From positions 1-38,245 of the forward strand of contig JASFVE010000007.1 in assembly GCA_050049995.1 (NCBI GenBank): a stretch of 38,245 bases of DNA. Reading direction: 5' to 3'. Shown in pieces: positions 1 through 10,503 of this stretch. Under the pieces are notes generated by a model. It was not told where the DNA came from and searched no databases. It worked only from the letters and a program-made list of their open reading frames with translations. This stretch comes from Chlamydiota bacterium. GTDB taxonomy: Bacteria; Chlamydiota; Chlamydiia; Chlamydiales; SM23-39. The translations under genes were made by a program, and so were the position numbers. Position 1 is the first letter of the stretch. Each line of letters begins with the position of its first letter.

Positions 1-1793
1 ATAAAAAGCTCATATAAACAGCTATACATCAAGTAGTGTTTTATATATCCGAAATTACAAGCGACTCTAATCCCTTTGGCCTTACCCTCTTTTTTAGGAG
101 CGTGATTCCTAAAATGTATGGCGCTGAACCTGAAAATGCCTTAATGATTCACTCCCAATTTAAGAAAATAAGAGAGAAAACGAAAGACCCTTTATTTTTA
201 CCTAATTTAATTAAAAAATACTTTTTAGATAACCCACACTTTTTAAGACTTCACTTAAAGCCAAGTAAAACGCTATTAAACGAAGAGTATGAAAAGGAGC
301 AAATCTTATTAAAAACAATCCAAGAAAAACTGAATGACTCAGAAAAAAAAGCAATCATTCATAGCGCACAAGAGCTGGATATTTTTCAAAAGCAACAAGA
401 AAATGAATCAATTGAATGCCTACCTAAAATAACGATTAAAGACGTTTCTTCTGAAATTAAAGACTATCCATTAGAGAATCATCATCAAGATAATTTAGAT
501 GTTTTTTATCATGAATGTTTTACTAATAAAATAGTTTATGCAGATATCTTTTTCGACCTTCCTAACATTGAAAATGACGACCTTACCTATTTATCCTTAT
601 TTCAAACTCTACTAACAGACCTCGGTGCAAAAGAAAAAAGCTATCAGCAAACACTAGAATATATGCAGGAGTATACAGGAGGCGTGGATGCCAGCATTTC
701 TTTACATATCCAAGCTGATAATCCCAGAAACTGTAAACCTACATTCTGCCTTAGAGGTAAATCTCTCTACAGAAATACTGAAAAGCTATTTACCATTTTA
801 AAAGACTTCTTAACAGCTCCCAAAGTAGAAGATCCCAAAAGAATTAAACAACTTCTATTACAACTCAATAGCCATTTAGAAGCTCAAGTTAATAGAAATG
901 CCATGCAATATGCTGTTTTATCTTCTTTAAGCGGTCTATCTCCTTGCTCTTATGTCTATAACCAATGGCATGGACTTCCTTTTTTCAAGCTTATTAAGTT
1001 TCTTGTGCAAGATATTGACCAAGGGGTCGCTCTCGTCATTAAAAAATTCAAAGAATTTGTAACGAAAGTCTTAAATATCCACCAAATGCATCTTGTGCTT
1101 GCCTGCGATAGAAAACACTTTGAGTCGATAAAATCACAGAACTTTTTCCAAATCAATGACATAAAAAGCAGGGAAATTACCCCATGGAATAATGACTTTT
1201 CTGTAACACCTGTATCTTCCCATAGTTATGAATTGGCTTTACCTGTAGCCTTTACTAGTATGGCTTATAAAGCAGTAGGTTTTACTGACAAACACTCTCC
1301 ATATCTTCTTATAGCCACTCACCTAATGGAAAATCTTGTTTTGCATAATGCCATAAGAGAAATTGGAGGTGCTTACGGTAGTGGAGCTACTTATTCCCCT
1401 ACTTCTGGACATTTTTATTTTTATGCTTATCGAGACCCACATATTAAAAGCTCCCAAAAAGCCTTTGAAAAAGCTATTACCTTTATAGCTGAAGGTAATT
1501 TTTCAGAAGACCAGCTTGAAGAAGCTAAATTAGGAGTTATTCAAAGTATTGACTCTCCTGTTTCTCCTGGCAGTAGAGCTGTTACTGCCTATATTTGGCA
1601 AAAGGCAGGCAAAACATCTTCTATGAGAAAAGACTATCGAAATAATATCTTACAAGCTTCAAAAAAAGATGTTACAGAAGCAATAAAAACCTGCTTATCC
1701 TCCCAAGAATTTATGGGAACCTTAGTTACCTTTGCAGGACCTAACTTATTAAAAAAAGAACTTAACGAGTCATTTCCTAGATTTAAAATCTAA
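1..1793 (+). CDS. M16C family zinc metallopeptidase (presequence protease/insulinase-like), C-terminal part; 5' end outside the window
   Basis: Motifs LPKITIKDV, FTNKIVY, EYTGGV and IREIGGAYG..FYAYRDP match PreP/M16C. The catalytic HxxEH N-terminal half is absent, so the gene is truncated at the window edge. The ORF track starts at 36 because of an in-frame TAA at 15-17 (see findings). Confidence 0.88.
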
Positions 1794-1862
1794 AAAACAC
1801 ATCTTTATAATTTTTTAATATTTAACAACGATAATATTAATTAAATAAAACTAATTTATATT

Positions 1863-2996
1863 ATGGTTAATAATATTAAATCCTATACTTCTGTTGAAGT
1901 ACAGCAGAATCTTGGTGATTTAAATAGCCTTCAAACAGCTGCTGAGAATGGTCTTATTATAAGATTGGACTCTAAAAAAAATATTTACACTCTACAATCA
2001 GGATGGGAGCATTCATTAAGTAACTTCTTTATTAAGTGGTATAAAGAAGGATTTGTTTCTGCCTGGAAAAACCAAACAAGCCCCCTTCTACAGAAAATTC
2101 AAGCTGTTTTTGAAGATCGTCTAAATATTATCAAATATGAAAGCAACGCAAAAATAAAGCAACAAGAAGCAAAGTTAGAAAAACAAAAGTCTCATACGTT
2201 ATCAGAGCAAGATAAAATTTACCAAACAAGCAGAAGAGAACTTGTTGCCGAAGCAAGCCATAAAATTGCTGCCTTAAAAGCACAAACAGAGCTATCAAGT
2301 GATCAGCTACAAGCTGGAGTTGCATTAGAAAAACAAAAACTTTTAAAGGCTGTTAAAAAATTAAACCATCAATTAAAAAATGCGCAACTTGCAACGTTAC
2401 AAACTTATCATGAAAAAAGCGTTGCTTTGTATGATAGAAAAGTAGAAGCCATAAAAGAGTATAAAAAAAAGGCTGCCTCCTTAAATAGGATTTTTGATAA
2501 CGTCCAACTTATGATTACAAGAATTATGCAAAAACTAGAAATGCCTAGTTTTATTCATAAATTGAAGGACCGCTTAACCTTGATTAGTGAATTGAATGAT
2601 TCATTGGAATATCCTGAAGCTCCAGAATTAGCACATCAAAGAGCTCCAGAATTATTTACTCCTCTGTTAGAGCCTAAAGAACGATTAAAAGAAATCCAGC
2701 AGTTTTTCCAAAGTCTTCAAGAAGAAAATTTGGACCTAGAGATTGCTCGCAAGGTTATACGAAGGGAAAAACCAGTACAACTTGAAGCATGGCGAGATGC
2801 CAAAAAAACTCAAGGACAGCAAGTTCTTTACATTCTGGAAGAAATGGTATCAGACCTTAAAAAAATCAAGCACGACTATTCTGATTATAGGCAAGAAGTC
2901 GATAGACTCAAGGTTCGCATTATGGTAGGGCTACCTACAATACCTTATCAGGAAATTGTTGCCTCCAATCTTTACCAAGACATAACCGCCATATAA
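1863..2996 (+). CDS. Hypothetical coiled-coil protein, possible secreted effector
   Basis: 377-aa ORF, K/Q/E/L-rich heptad-like middle, no signal peptide, no recognisable catalytic motif. Confidence 0.75.
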   Translation: MVNNIKSYTSVEVQQNLGDLNSLQTAAENGLIIRLDSKKNIYTLQSGWEHSLSNFFIKWYKEGFVSAWKNQTSPLLQKIQAVFEDRLNIIKYESNAKIKQQEAKLEKQKSHTLSEQDKIYQTSRRELVAEASHKIAALKAQTELSSDQLQAGVALEKQKLLKAVKKLNHQLKNAQLATLQTYHEKSVALYDRKVEAIKEYKKKAASLNRIFDNVQLMITRIMQKLEMPSFIHKLKDRLTLISELNDSLEYPEAPELAHQRAPELFTPLLEPKERLKEIQQFFQSLQEENLDLEIARKVIRREKPVQLEAWRDAKKTQGQQVLYILEEMVSDLKKIKHDYSDYRQEVDRLKVRIMVGLPTIPYQEIVASNLYQDITAI

Positions 2997-3073
2997 ACTT
3001 GTTCTTGTTGCAAAATTCACCTCAGAAGATAATAATTCCTAGTTTAAACGACTAAGGAGTAAGTGAGGTAATT

Positions 3074-4522
3074 ATGCAAAATATTAAAAAGTCTTTTATA
3101 GTATTGGCAGTAATAACTTCTTTCTTATCACTACAACTACAAGCCTCCAATATTAATGGTAAAAAAGTATTAGAGGAGACGTCTCAAGCATTTATACAAA
3201 TCGGAAAAAGTGCTGTTCCAGCAGCAGTTTTTATAAAATCAGAGATAAAGCAGCAAAACACAGCACATTTTGGACAGGATCCTTTTGACTTGTTTAACGA
3301 TGAATTCTTTAAAAGATTTTTTGGAGCACCTTCTGTTAGACCAAGATCAGAGCCCCAGCCTGAACTATCTAGTGGGTCGGGCTTTATTGTATCTTCTCAA
3401 GGCCATATACTTACAAATTTTCATGTGGTCAAAGATGCTGAAGCAATCAATGTCTTATTAAATGACGGTCGGGAATTTAAAGCTACCCTGATAGGATCGG
3501 ATCCTAAGACTGATCTTGCTGTTTTAAAAATTGACGCTAAAGACCTCCCTTTTCTCAAATTTGGAGATTCAGATAAGTTACAAATTGGTGAATGGGTAGT
3601 AGCTATAGGCAACCCTTTTGCTTTAGAATCTACTTTAACTCATGGTGTTGTCAGCGCTAAAGGAAGACAAGATCTTGGCATCACTTCTCTAGAAGATTTT
3701 ATTCAAACAGATGCTGCTATTAACCCAGGAAACTCAGGCGGTCCTCTTTTAAATTTAGAAGGTGACGTGATAGGAATTAATACTGCTATTGTTTCTAGAA
3801 ACGGCGGTTATATGGGTATTGGATTTGCAATCCCCAGTAATATGGCCAAACATGTTCTTGATCAAATTCTAGACACAGGAGTTGTTAAAAGAGCCTATTT
3901 AGGCATTATGCTACAGCCATTAGATAAAGACTTAATCGACGCTCTTTCTTTAGATAAAAACTCTGAAGGTATTTTAATTTCAGAAGTAATGAAAGACTCC
4001 CCTGCTGAAAAAGGTGGATTAAAGCATGGTGACATCATTGTAGGTCTTAATGGCAAAGCTGTAAAAAATCCTAATAAGTTTAGAAATGAAATAGCCTTAA
4101 TGAACCCAGGAACATCCGTTAATTTAAACATTTTACGAACTGGAAAACAAAAATTACTTACAGTAAAGCTTGGAACTCTTTCTGAACAGGAAATAGGTTC
4201 TGTTGAATTTTTTGACAAATTAGGCATTGATGTAGATAGTTTATCAAATATATCAGCTGACATGCTATCTAAGCTTGGCTTGGAGCCTCATGAAAATGGC
4301 GTCTTAATAACTAAGGTAAAACCAGGTTCTCCTGCAGCGCAGGCAGGGTTAAGGCCTTATTATCTTGTTACTGCTCTTGTTGTTAATTGGAAAAATCAAA
4401 TTAAAATCAATAATTCTAATGACCTTACTAAAGCACTTCAAGAAGTTGCTGGCAACAAGTACGTAGTTTTGATTGTAAGACACCAAAAGTATCAGAAATA
4501 TTATACACTAAAAATCCAATAA
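3074..4522 (+). CDS. htrA: Do/DegQ family periplasmic serine protease with two PDZ domains
   Basis: Signal peptide; GSGFIV, LTNFHVV (His), TDLAVLK (Asp), IQTDAAINPGNSGGPL (Ser); two C-terminal PDZ segments; SD-like GAGGT at 3065-3069. Confidence 0.97.
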   Translation: MQNIKKSFIVLAVITSFLSLQLQASNINGKKVLEETSQAFIQIGKSAVPAAVFIKSEIKQQNTAHFGQDPFDLFNDEFFKRFFGAPSVRPRSEPQPELSSGSGFIVSSQGHILTNFHVVKDAEAINVLLNDGREFKATLIGSDPKTDLAVLKIDAKDLPFLKFGDSDKLQIGEWVVAIGNPFALESTLTHGVVSAKGRQDLGITSLEDFIQTDAAINPGNSGGPLLNLEGDVIGINTAIVSRNGGYMGIGFAIPSNMAKHVLDQILDTGVVKRAYLGIMLQPLDKDLIDALSLDKNSEGILISEVMKDSPAEKGGLKHGDIIVGLNGKAVKNPNKFRNEIALMNPGTSVNLNILRTGKQKLLTVKLGTLSEQEIGSVEFFDKLGIDVDSLSNISADMLSKLGLEPHENGVLITKVKPGSPAAQAGLRPYYLVTALVVNWKNQIKINNSNDLTKALQEVAGNKYVVLIVRHQKYQKYYTLKIQ

Positions 4523-4546
4523 GATCATGCCCTCGATAAAGAGGGC

Positions 4547-4960
4547 TTATTTACTTAGCTGTGTTATCAGCCTTAACATTCTATCTAAAATTGACTGGGA
4601 TTTTTTACTGACCTCTGCAAAAGGAGATTGTAACAACTCAGTTAAAACCTCTCTTTCTTTTAGAAAAATTTCAGAAAAATCTCTCGCATCTACAGTAAGC
4701 ATATCAAGCGACTTTTCAACAAGTTCAAGCCTTCTTTCAATAAGCGTCAACAAAGAATTATGTAAAGATCGTTTGATAGAAGAAATTTTCTTTTCTTGTT
4801 GATCAAGCTCTTCTTCTGCAATTTCTAATAAACTAGAAAGATGATTAATATTTTTAATTTCATTAAGATCTTTAAAGATCTCCATTTGAGTTAATTCCAA
4901 GTGATTAGATCTCTGGCATGCCATACAGAGCAAAAGAAAAAGGAATACGGATTTATACAT
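4547..4960 (-). CDS. Hypothetical helical lipoprotein
   Basis: MYK + hydrophobic stretch + CMAC (lipobox-like), then coiled-coil. ATG directly abuts the stop of the upstream M50 gene. Confidence 0.72.
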   Translation of the reverse strand: MYKSVFLFLLLCMACQRSNHLELTQMEIFKDLNEIKNINHLSSLLEIAEEELDQQEKKISSIKRSLHNSLLTLIERRLELVEKSLDMLTVDARDFSEIFLKEREVLTELLQSPFAEVSKKSQSILDRMLRLITQLSK

Positions 4961-6112
4961 CTATTTCAACTTATTTATAAAAGACTGAAAGTCTTGGTCT
5001 TCAGAAATAGATTGGAATACCTCTTCATTCAATATTTTTTCAAGACTTAAATTTCCAAAATGAAAAGCTGTTTGCAACCACCCTCCTGCAAACTTTCCCT
5101 TTTTTAAGTGAGCAAATGCCTTAGCATTTTTTATAGCTACTTCCTGTGTTGGAGCTGCTTGATAACATTCAGTGGAAAGCTCAGCTACTAACTCATAATT
5201 TTCATGAATATAGGCTAAGCGGTGTAATAAACAAAGCGCTTCGGGAGTTAGATTATCTTTATGAGGTAATAGCAGTTGATATGCTTTTTCTACATTTTGT
5301 TCATCGTAATATAAAAAAGCTAAGTACTGGCTTGCTGTTATATTTACTATTCCAGATTTAGCTTTAGCAACAACTTCTTCAAAAAGATGTTTAGCTTCTT
5401 GCTTTTTGTTTTGCCTTAAAGCAGCTTCAGCTTTCATACTTAAATTTTTTACAGTCTCATCTTGATCATAACTTGTTAAATTCTTTGATCTTCTCCAAGA
5501 ATCAAAAGCCTGAAAAGCAAAGAGAAAAAATAAGGCACCCACTATAAAAAATTTTGTTAGGAAAAAGTAAAGACTAATAAGGCCAGCTATGATCATGCCG
5601 ACAAAAAGAGCATAGCGAATACCCTTTACCCCCCAAATACCTTCAAAAATTATACGGAGTAGCTGCCCTCCATCCAATGGGAGTACTGGAAGCAAATTGA
5701 CAATACTCCAGAAAAGATTCACAAACTGAAGAATTTGAAAGGATCTTATTAGAAGAGGATTTTGCAAAAAGTGTAACTGTAAAATCAATGTGGCAAATAC
5801 AAACAAAAATATTCCAAATAACGGCCCATTAAATGTGATGATGAATTGTTGCCAAAGTTTTAGTTTGTCCCCCTGATAAGAAGTAAGGCCACCTAAAGCA
5901 ATAAAATCTATTCGAGGGTGCTTGCCAAAAGCAATAGCAGTTAGAGCATGCCCCATTTCATGAACAAGGATAGAAAGAAAAATAATGACTACCCAAATTA
6001 AGGTTCCAACAAGAACCCCTGCGCCTAAAAATGAATGATTCAACCACCCAATTAAGGTGGCAAAAATCCAAAATAAAGGATTAACTCTAATAGGAATTTT
6101 ATATTTTGACAT
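4961..6112 (-). CDS. Site-2 protease (M50 family intramembrane metalloprotease) with C-terminal TPR-like helical domain
   Basis: HEMGH zinc motif in a TM helix, NLLPVLPLDGG motif, several TM segments, soluble helical C-terminus. Confidence 0.92.
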   Translation of the reverse strand: MSKYKIPIRVNPLFWIFATLIGWLNHSFLGAGVLVGTLIWVVIIFLSILVHEMGHALTAIAFGKHPRIDFIALGGLTSYQGDKLKLWQQFIITFNGPLFGIFLFVFATLILQLHFLQNPLLIRSFQILQFVNLFWSIVNLLPVLPLDGGQLLRIIFEGIWGVKGIRYALFVGMIIAGLISLYFFLTKFFIVGALFFLFAFQAFDSWRRSKNLTSYDQDETVKNLSMKAEAALRQNKKQEAKHLFEEVVAKAKSGIVNITASQYLAFLYYDEQNVEKAYQLLLPHKDNLTPEALCLLHRLAYIHENYELVAELSTECYQAAPTQEVAIKNAKAFAHLKKGKFAGGWLQTAFHFGNLSLEKILNEEVFQSISEDQDFQSFINKLK

Positions 6113-6113
6113 T

Positions 6114-6989
6114 TTATTTTTGTAGTGCTCGTTGTATTACAAGGCCCATTTCAGCTGGGTTTTCCGTAACTTGTGAACCTGCTTTTTGCAGCGCTTCAAT
6201 TTTTGCCTTAGCAGTCCCCTTACCTTGCGATATGATAGCTCCAGCATGCCCCATTCTTCTACCAGGGGGAGCTGTGACACCAGCTATAAAAGCTGCTGTC
6301 GGCTTCTTCGCGTTAGCCTTTATCCACTCAGCAGCCTCTTCTTCTGCTGACCCTCCAATCTCACCTATTAACAAAATAGCATGCGTTTGTTCATCTTCAT
6401 TAAATAATTTCAAAGCATCTATGAAGTTGGTGCCATTTAAAGGATCACCTCCTATGCCGATACACGTCGATTGACCTAAACCTAACTGGGTTGTTTGCCA
6501 GACAGCTTCATAAGTCAATGTTCCCGACCTAGAGACAATACCAACATTTCCTTTTTTATGGATATATCCAGGCATTATACCGAGTTTACACTCATCAGGG
6601 GTTATGATGCCAGGGCAATTTGGTCCTATTAAGCGGCTAGTCTTAGACAGGTCCATAGCTCGCTTAACCTCTATCATATCTTTGATCGGAATACCTTCTG
6701 TGATGCAGATAATCAACTCTATATTTGCATCCTCTGCTTCTAAGATAGCATCAGCTGCAAAAGGCGCTGGAACAAAAATTAAAGAAGCGTTGATATCTAG
6801 TTGTTTTTTTGCTTCGTAAACGGTATCAAAAACAGGAAGTTCTAATACTTCCAATCCCCCTTTCCCTGGAGTTACCCCACCTAAAATCTTCGTTCCATAC
6901 TCTAAACAAGCTTTAGCGTGAAACTTACCTGCTTTGCCGGAAAGGCCCTGTACAATCGCTTTTGTTTCTTTATTCACTAAAATGGGCAT
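6114..6989 (-). CDS. sucD: Succinyl-CoA synthetase alpha subunit
   Basis: [28 protein letters not shown] and RMGHAGAI (phospho-His). Start moved to ATG 6989 (MPILV), 4 nt after the sucC stop. Confidence 0.97.
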   Translation of the reverse strand: MPILVNKETKAIVQGLSGKAGKFHAKACLEYGTKILGGVTPGKGGLEVLELPVFDTVYEAKKQLDINASLIFVPAPFAADAILEAEDANIELIICITEGIPIKDMIEVKRAMDLSKTSRLIGPNCPGIITPDECKLGIMPGYIHKKGNVGIVSRSGTLTYEAVWQTTQLGLGQSTCIGIGGDPLNGTNFIDALKLFNEDEQTHAILLIGEIGGSAEEEAAEWIKANAKKPTAAFIAGVTAPPGRRMGHAGAIISQGKGTAKAKIEALQKAGSQVTENPAEMGLVIQRALQK

Positions 6990-6993
6990 ATCT

Positions 6994-8163
6994 TTATAAA
7001 CCTTTTTTAGCAGCAGCAACAGCTTTCATAGCCGCTTCATTTAAATCTTTAGCTGTTTCAATAGGTAAGTTGGAATCTAGCAACATTTTCTTTCCCTGCT
7101 CTACATTTGTACCTTCCATTCTTACTACTAAAGGAACATGGATTTTTAATTCTTTAGCAGCTTGTAAAATCCCTTCAGCTAATACTTCACAATTCATAAT
7201 GCCACCGAAAATGTTCACTAAAACAGCTTTGACATTAGGGTCTGACAGAATAATGCGGAAGCCGGCTGCTACCTTTTCTTTTGAAGCTCCTCCGCCTACA
7301 TCTAAAAAATTAGCAGGTTTTGATCCATGCAATTGGATGATATCCATAGTAGCCATAGCAAGACCGGCGCCATTAACCATACAGCCAATATCTCCTTCCA
7401 TAGCGATATAGGCGAGGTCAAATTCCTTGGCTGATACTTCAGATTTAGAAACTTGAGATGGATCGAAGTAGTTGGCAAGGTCAGGTTGTCTAAATAGCGC
7501 ATTATCATCAATCGTTAACTTGGCATCAATAGCAAAAAGTTGATTTTCTTCAGTAAGAACTAATGGATTAATTTCTAAAAGAGTAGCATCCTTTTCCGTA
7601 AACATTTTAGCAAGCTTAAAGGCAATATCTGCTCCTAGGTCAGCCAGTTTTTCTTTCCATCCCATAAAATTTGTCAAAGTTAAAAGCTGATATTTTTTTA
7701 GTGTTCCATTTAAGGATAAAGGAAGCTTTAAAATTTTATCAGGATGCTTGGCAGCTACCTCCTCTATCTCTATCCCGCCTTCCGGGGAGGCTATCATTAC
7801 AGCTTTGGAAGTAGCTCTGTCCATAATTATACCGAGATAATACTCCTTTTTAATAGAAGCTGGCTTAGAGATAAGGACTTTTTCTGATATAAGCCCCTCT
7901 TTTCCAGTTTGATTATTCACTAACTTAAAACCGATTAACTCTTGCGCGTAGCTGATTATTTCATCTTTTGTCTTAGCAAACTTGACACCGCCTGCTTTAC
8001 CTCTTCCACCTGCATGAACCTGAATTTTGACTATAGCCTGGTTAAAATCATGAGATTCAATAAAGTTTTTCACTTCTTCAATTTTAGCTGCTACTGTCCA
8101 TTCTGGCACAGGGATGGCATACTTTTGTAAAACTTCTTTTGTCTGATATTCGTGTAAGTGCAT
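6994..8163 (-). CDS. sucC: Succinyl-CoA synthetase beta subunit
   Basis: [37 protein letters not shown] and [10 protein letters not shown]. Confidence 0.97.
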   Translation of the reverse strand: MHLHEYQTKEVLQKYAIPVPEWTVAAKIEEVKNFIESHDFNQAIVKIQVHAGGRGKAGGVKFAKTKDEIISYAQELIGFKLVNNQTGKEGLISEKVLISKPASIKKEYYLGIIMDRATSKAVMIASPEGGIEIEEVAAKHPDKILKLPLSLNGTLKKYQLLTLTNFMGWKEKLADLGADIAFKLAKMFTEKDATLLEINPLVLTEENQLFAIDAKLTIDDNALFRQPDLANYFDPSQVSKSEVSAKEFDLAYIAMEGDIGCMVNGAGLAMATMDIIQLHGSKPANFLDVGGGASKEKVAAGFRIILSDPNVKAVLVNIFGGIMNCEVLAEGILQAAKELKIHVPLVVRMEGTNVEQGKKMLLDSNLPIETAKDLNEAAMKAVAAAKKGL

Positions 8164-8232
8164 TTTTATTCTTCTTTAGAATTTTCTATATATGATACGA
8201 TTTAATTTCTTAGAAAGACTTTTATTTGCTTT

Positions 8233-9159
8233 ATGTTAGGTTTTTTCAAATCAAAATTAAAAAAAATTTCTAAATCCCTTTCCAATATTAAATTTACTCT
8301 TGGGGATAAAATTCGTAGGATCTTATCCGGAAAAGTGGATGAATCAGCCTATGAGCACCTTGAGCAGCTTTTTTTTGAAGCTGACTTAGGGGCTGAACTT
8401 TCTATGGACTTAGTGGAAAGAGTACGAAGAAAAATCCAAAAAAACAAAGAGATTTCTTCTGAAGAAATTTTAAAGGACATTAAAGAAGAATTACTTGCTT
8501 ACTTTCCCGAAAATAAAAAAAACCTTGAAGTTGATAAAAAGCCTTACGTTGTCATGATTGTTGGGGTCAATGGGAGTGGAAAAACTACCTCCATTGCCAA
8601 GCTTGCTTCCAAATTAAAAAAAGAAGGGAAAAAAGTTTTATTAGTAGCAGGAGATACCTTTAGAGCGGCAGCCATTGAGCAACTTGGCAAGTGGGCTGAA
8701 AAAATTGGCATCGATTGCATAAAATCCAAAACTGGAAGTGACCCTGCATCTGTAGTTCATGATGCCTTAACGGCAGCAAAGGCTAGAGATGTAGATGTAG
8801 TATTGATAGATACAGCTGGGCGACTGCACACAAAAACTGACTTAATGCATGAACTGGAAAAAATTAAAAGAGTATCTTCAAAGCTTATTGATAATTCCCC
8901 TCATGAAACCCTACTAGTGTTGGATGCGACAACAGGTCAAAATGCTTTAGATCAAGCTAAAACATTTCATCAGTTCACTCCTATTTCTTCTATTATTTTA
9001 ACAAAGTTAGACGGCAGTGCAAAAGGCGGCATTGTTGTTGCTATTCAAAAACAATTACAAATCCCAGTAAGCTGGGTAGGACTTGGAGAAAGCGAAGAGG
9101 ATTTCATTCCTTTTGATGCTAAAGAGTTTTTAGACGCTCTTTTATCAACCAATGATTAA
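8233..9159 (+). CDS. ftsY: Signal recognition particle receptor FtsY (short NG form)
   Basis: GVNGSGKTT, DTFRAAA, DTAGR, DATTGQN and TKLDGSAKGG. Confidence 0.97.
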   Translation: MLGFFKSKLKKISKSLSNIKFTLGDKIRRILSGKVDESAYEHLEQLFFEADLGAELSMDLVERVRRKIQKNKEISSEEILKDIKEELLAYFPENKKNLEVDKKPYVVMIVGVNGSGKTTSIAKLASKLKKEGKKVLLVAGDTFRAAAIEQLGKWAEKIGIDCIKSKTGSDPASVVHDALTAAKARDVDVVLIDTAGRLHTKTDLMHELEKIKRVSSKLIDNSPHETLLVLDATTGQNALDQAKTFHQFTPISSIILTKLDGSAKGGIVVAIQKQLQIPVSWVGLGESEEDFIPFDAKEFLDALLSTND

Positions 9160-9245
9160 TAGCTCATACCAAAAAAGTTTTCTTTTTATATAAATGTAAA
9201 AGAATTAATTTAATTAAAAAAATCTATTCTTAATTGCTTTCCCAA

Positions 9246-9254
9246 TGTTAGAAT
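9246..9254 (+). promoter_or_regulatory. Candidate extended -10 promoter element for the 9297 gene
   Basis: TG-T-TAGAAT about 40 nt upstream of ATG 9297; -35 is weak and the region is AT-rich. Confidence 0.35.
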
Positions 9255-9296
9255 TCTTGGCATAATTACTAATTATTAAAGGCCGGAGTAAAATAA

Positions 9297-9851
9297 ATGT
9301 CTTCTATTGCTAACATAAGTAGCGCTACCATTACACAAACCTTTTCAACTATAAAAAACCATATTTCTAATACTGCCTCTAAGGTTTCTAAAGCAGCTTC
9401 ATCTATTTTAAATAGATTGCAGAACTTTTTTTATAATGTAAAATGCAGTATTTTCCAAACAAAAGCTGATTTTACTAAAGACATACAAGATCTTAAAGAC
9501 TTTGCTAATCGCGGAATTCTTAAAAGACAAATAGCAGCAACAACTTCTGCTATTTTCAATCTTAATCTAATGCCACCAGAAGTTTTTGTAAGTCGTTTAC
9601 CAGAATCTGAAAGAACTGAATTACTAGAACGCATTGCAAATAAATGGGAACTTTCATTTTTAGACTCTTGCAAAAGAGGTATCAAAAGCTGTTTTTCTAA
9701 TAACGCTGTTGCAGATGAAGGGCAAAACCTCGTCAATAATAGAGACATTTCTGCCTTTAAAGAAATCAACCGCTATAAAGTAGAGTTAAGAGCATCTATG
9801 CAAGACCGTAGAAGTACCTTAGAAGCGGAACTTGCAGCACTCTCAAAGTAG
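9297..9851 (+). CDS. Hypothetical protein with S/T/I-rich N-terminus (T3SS-substrate-like); copy 1 of a tandem pair
   Basis: 184-aa ORF with GGAG SD, followed by a hairpin terminator; clearly similar to 9932-10473. Confidence 0.8.
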   Translation: MSSIANISSATITQTFSTIKNHISNTASKVSKAASSILNRLQNFFYNVKCSIFQTKADFTKDIQDLKDFANRGILKRQIAATTSAIFNLNLMPPEVFVSRLPESERTELLERIANKWELSFLDSCKRGIKSCFSNNAVADEGQNLVNNRDISAFKEINRYKVELRASMQDRRSTLEAELAALSK

Positions 9852-9878
9852 ACATCGATTTTTGATAGTTTTCACATA

Positions 9879-9906
9879 AAAAGGAGTTGAACTTTCAGCT
9901 CCTTTT
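9879..9906 (+). terminator. Intrinsic terminator, probably bidirectional
   Basis: AAAAGGAGTTGA-ACTT-TCAGCTCCTTTT: 12-bp stem with one G:U pair, A and T tails. Confidence 0.8.
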
Positions 9907-9931
9907 AATAAAAAATATTTAAGTGGAACAG

Positions 9932-10473
9932 ATGTCTTCTATTACTAATGTAAGTACTACAATCAATACATATAGTTTTTCAAATATAAAAAACTATATT
10001 TCCAATATTGCCTCTAAGGTTTCTAAAGCAGTTGCATATATTTTAAAAAAGTTACAAAACTTTTTTCATACTGACCTTACTAGAGATTTACAAGAGCTTA
10101 ATGTCCATGCTAAACGCGAACTTAATAAAAAAAATTAGAACGGGAAATAGAGCGCACTAGCACTATCATTTATGAGATTAATCAGGTATCTCCAAAAGAT
10201 TTTGTAAATGGTTTGCTAAAATCCAAAAGAACTCGTTTACTAAAACATATTGCTAGTCAATCAAAACAAGATTCTATTGTTAGATCTATTAAAAAAGGTA
10301 TTAGAAGCATTGTTTGTAAAGACGCCCTTATAAGAGAGGGGCAAGATCTTGTTAACAGTGGAGACGATATAGCCATGCAAGAGATCACCCGCTATAAAAA
10401 AAGTGAGATATCGTTTTTACAGAATTATAGAAAATCTTTTCAAGATAGACTTGATGAATTATCTTTAAGTTAG
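9932..10473 (+). pseudogene. Frameshifted paralog of 9297-9851 (copy 2)
   Basis: MSSITNVS...ASKVSKAV...LQNFF matches copy 1. The frame stops at TAG 10136-10138 just after an A8 run (10127-10134). Homology continues in the -1 frame (LEREIERTSTIIYEINQVSPKDFVNGLLKS...EGQDLVN...EITRYK) to 10473. Confidence 0.8.
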
Positions 10474-10503
10474 ATCTTGATTCTGTTGAAAGTTTTCTTG
10501 CAG

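Noticed and set aside
3037..3058. Weak hairpin (TCCTAGT...ACTAAGGA) in the htrA leader as a possible RNA thermometer
   Set aside because: Only about 7 bp with a bulge, and it does not cover the likely SD (GAGGT 3065-3069).
9374..10031. 23-bp direct repeat and paired hairpins as a CRISPR array or IS ends
   Set aside because: Only two copies, inside paralogous coding sequence; no spacers, cas genes or transposase.
9923..10473. ORFs 9923-10138 and 10213-10473 as two independent genes
   Set aside because: They align consecutively to the single 9297 paralog; this is one frameshifted gene.
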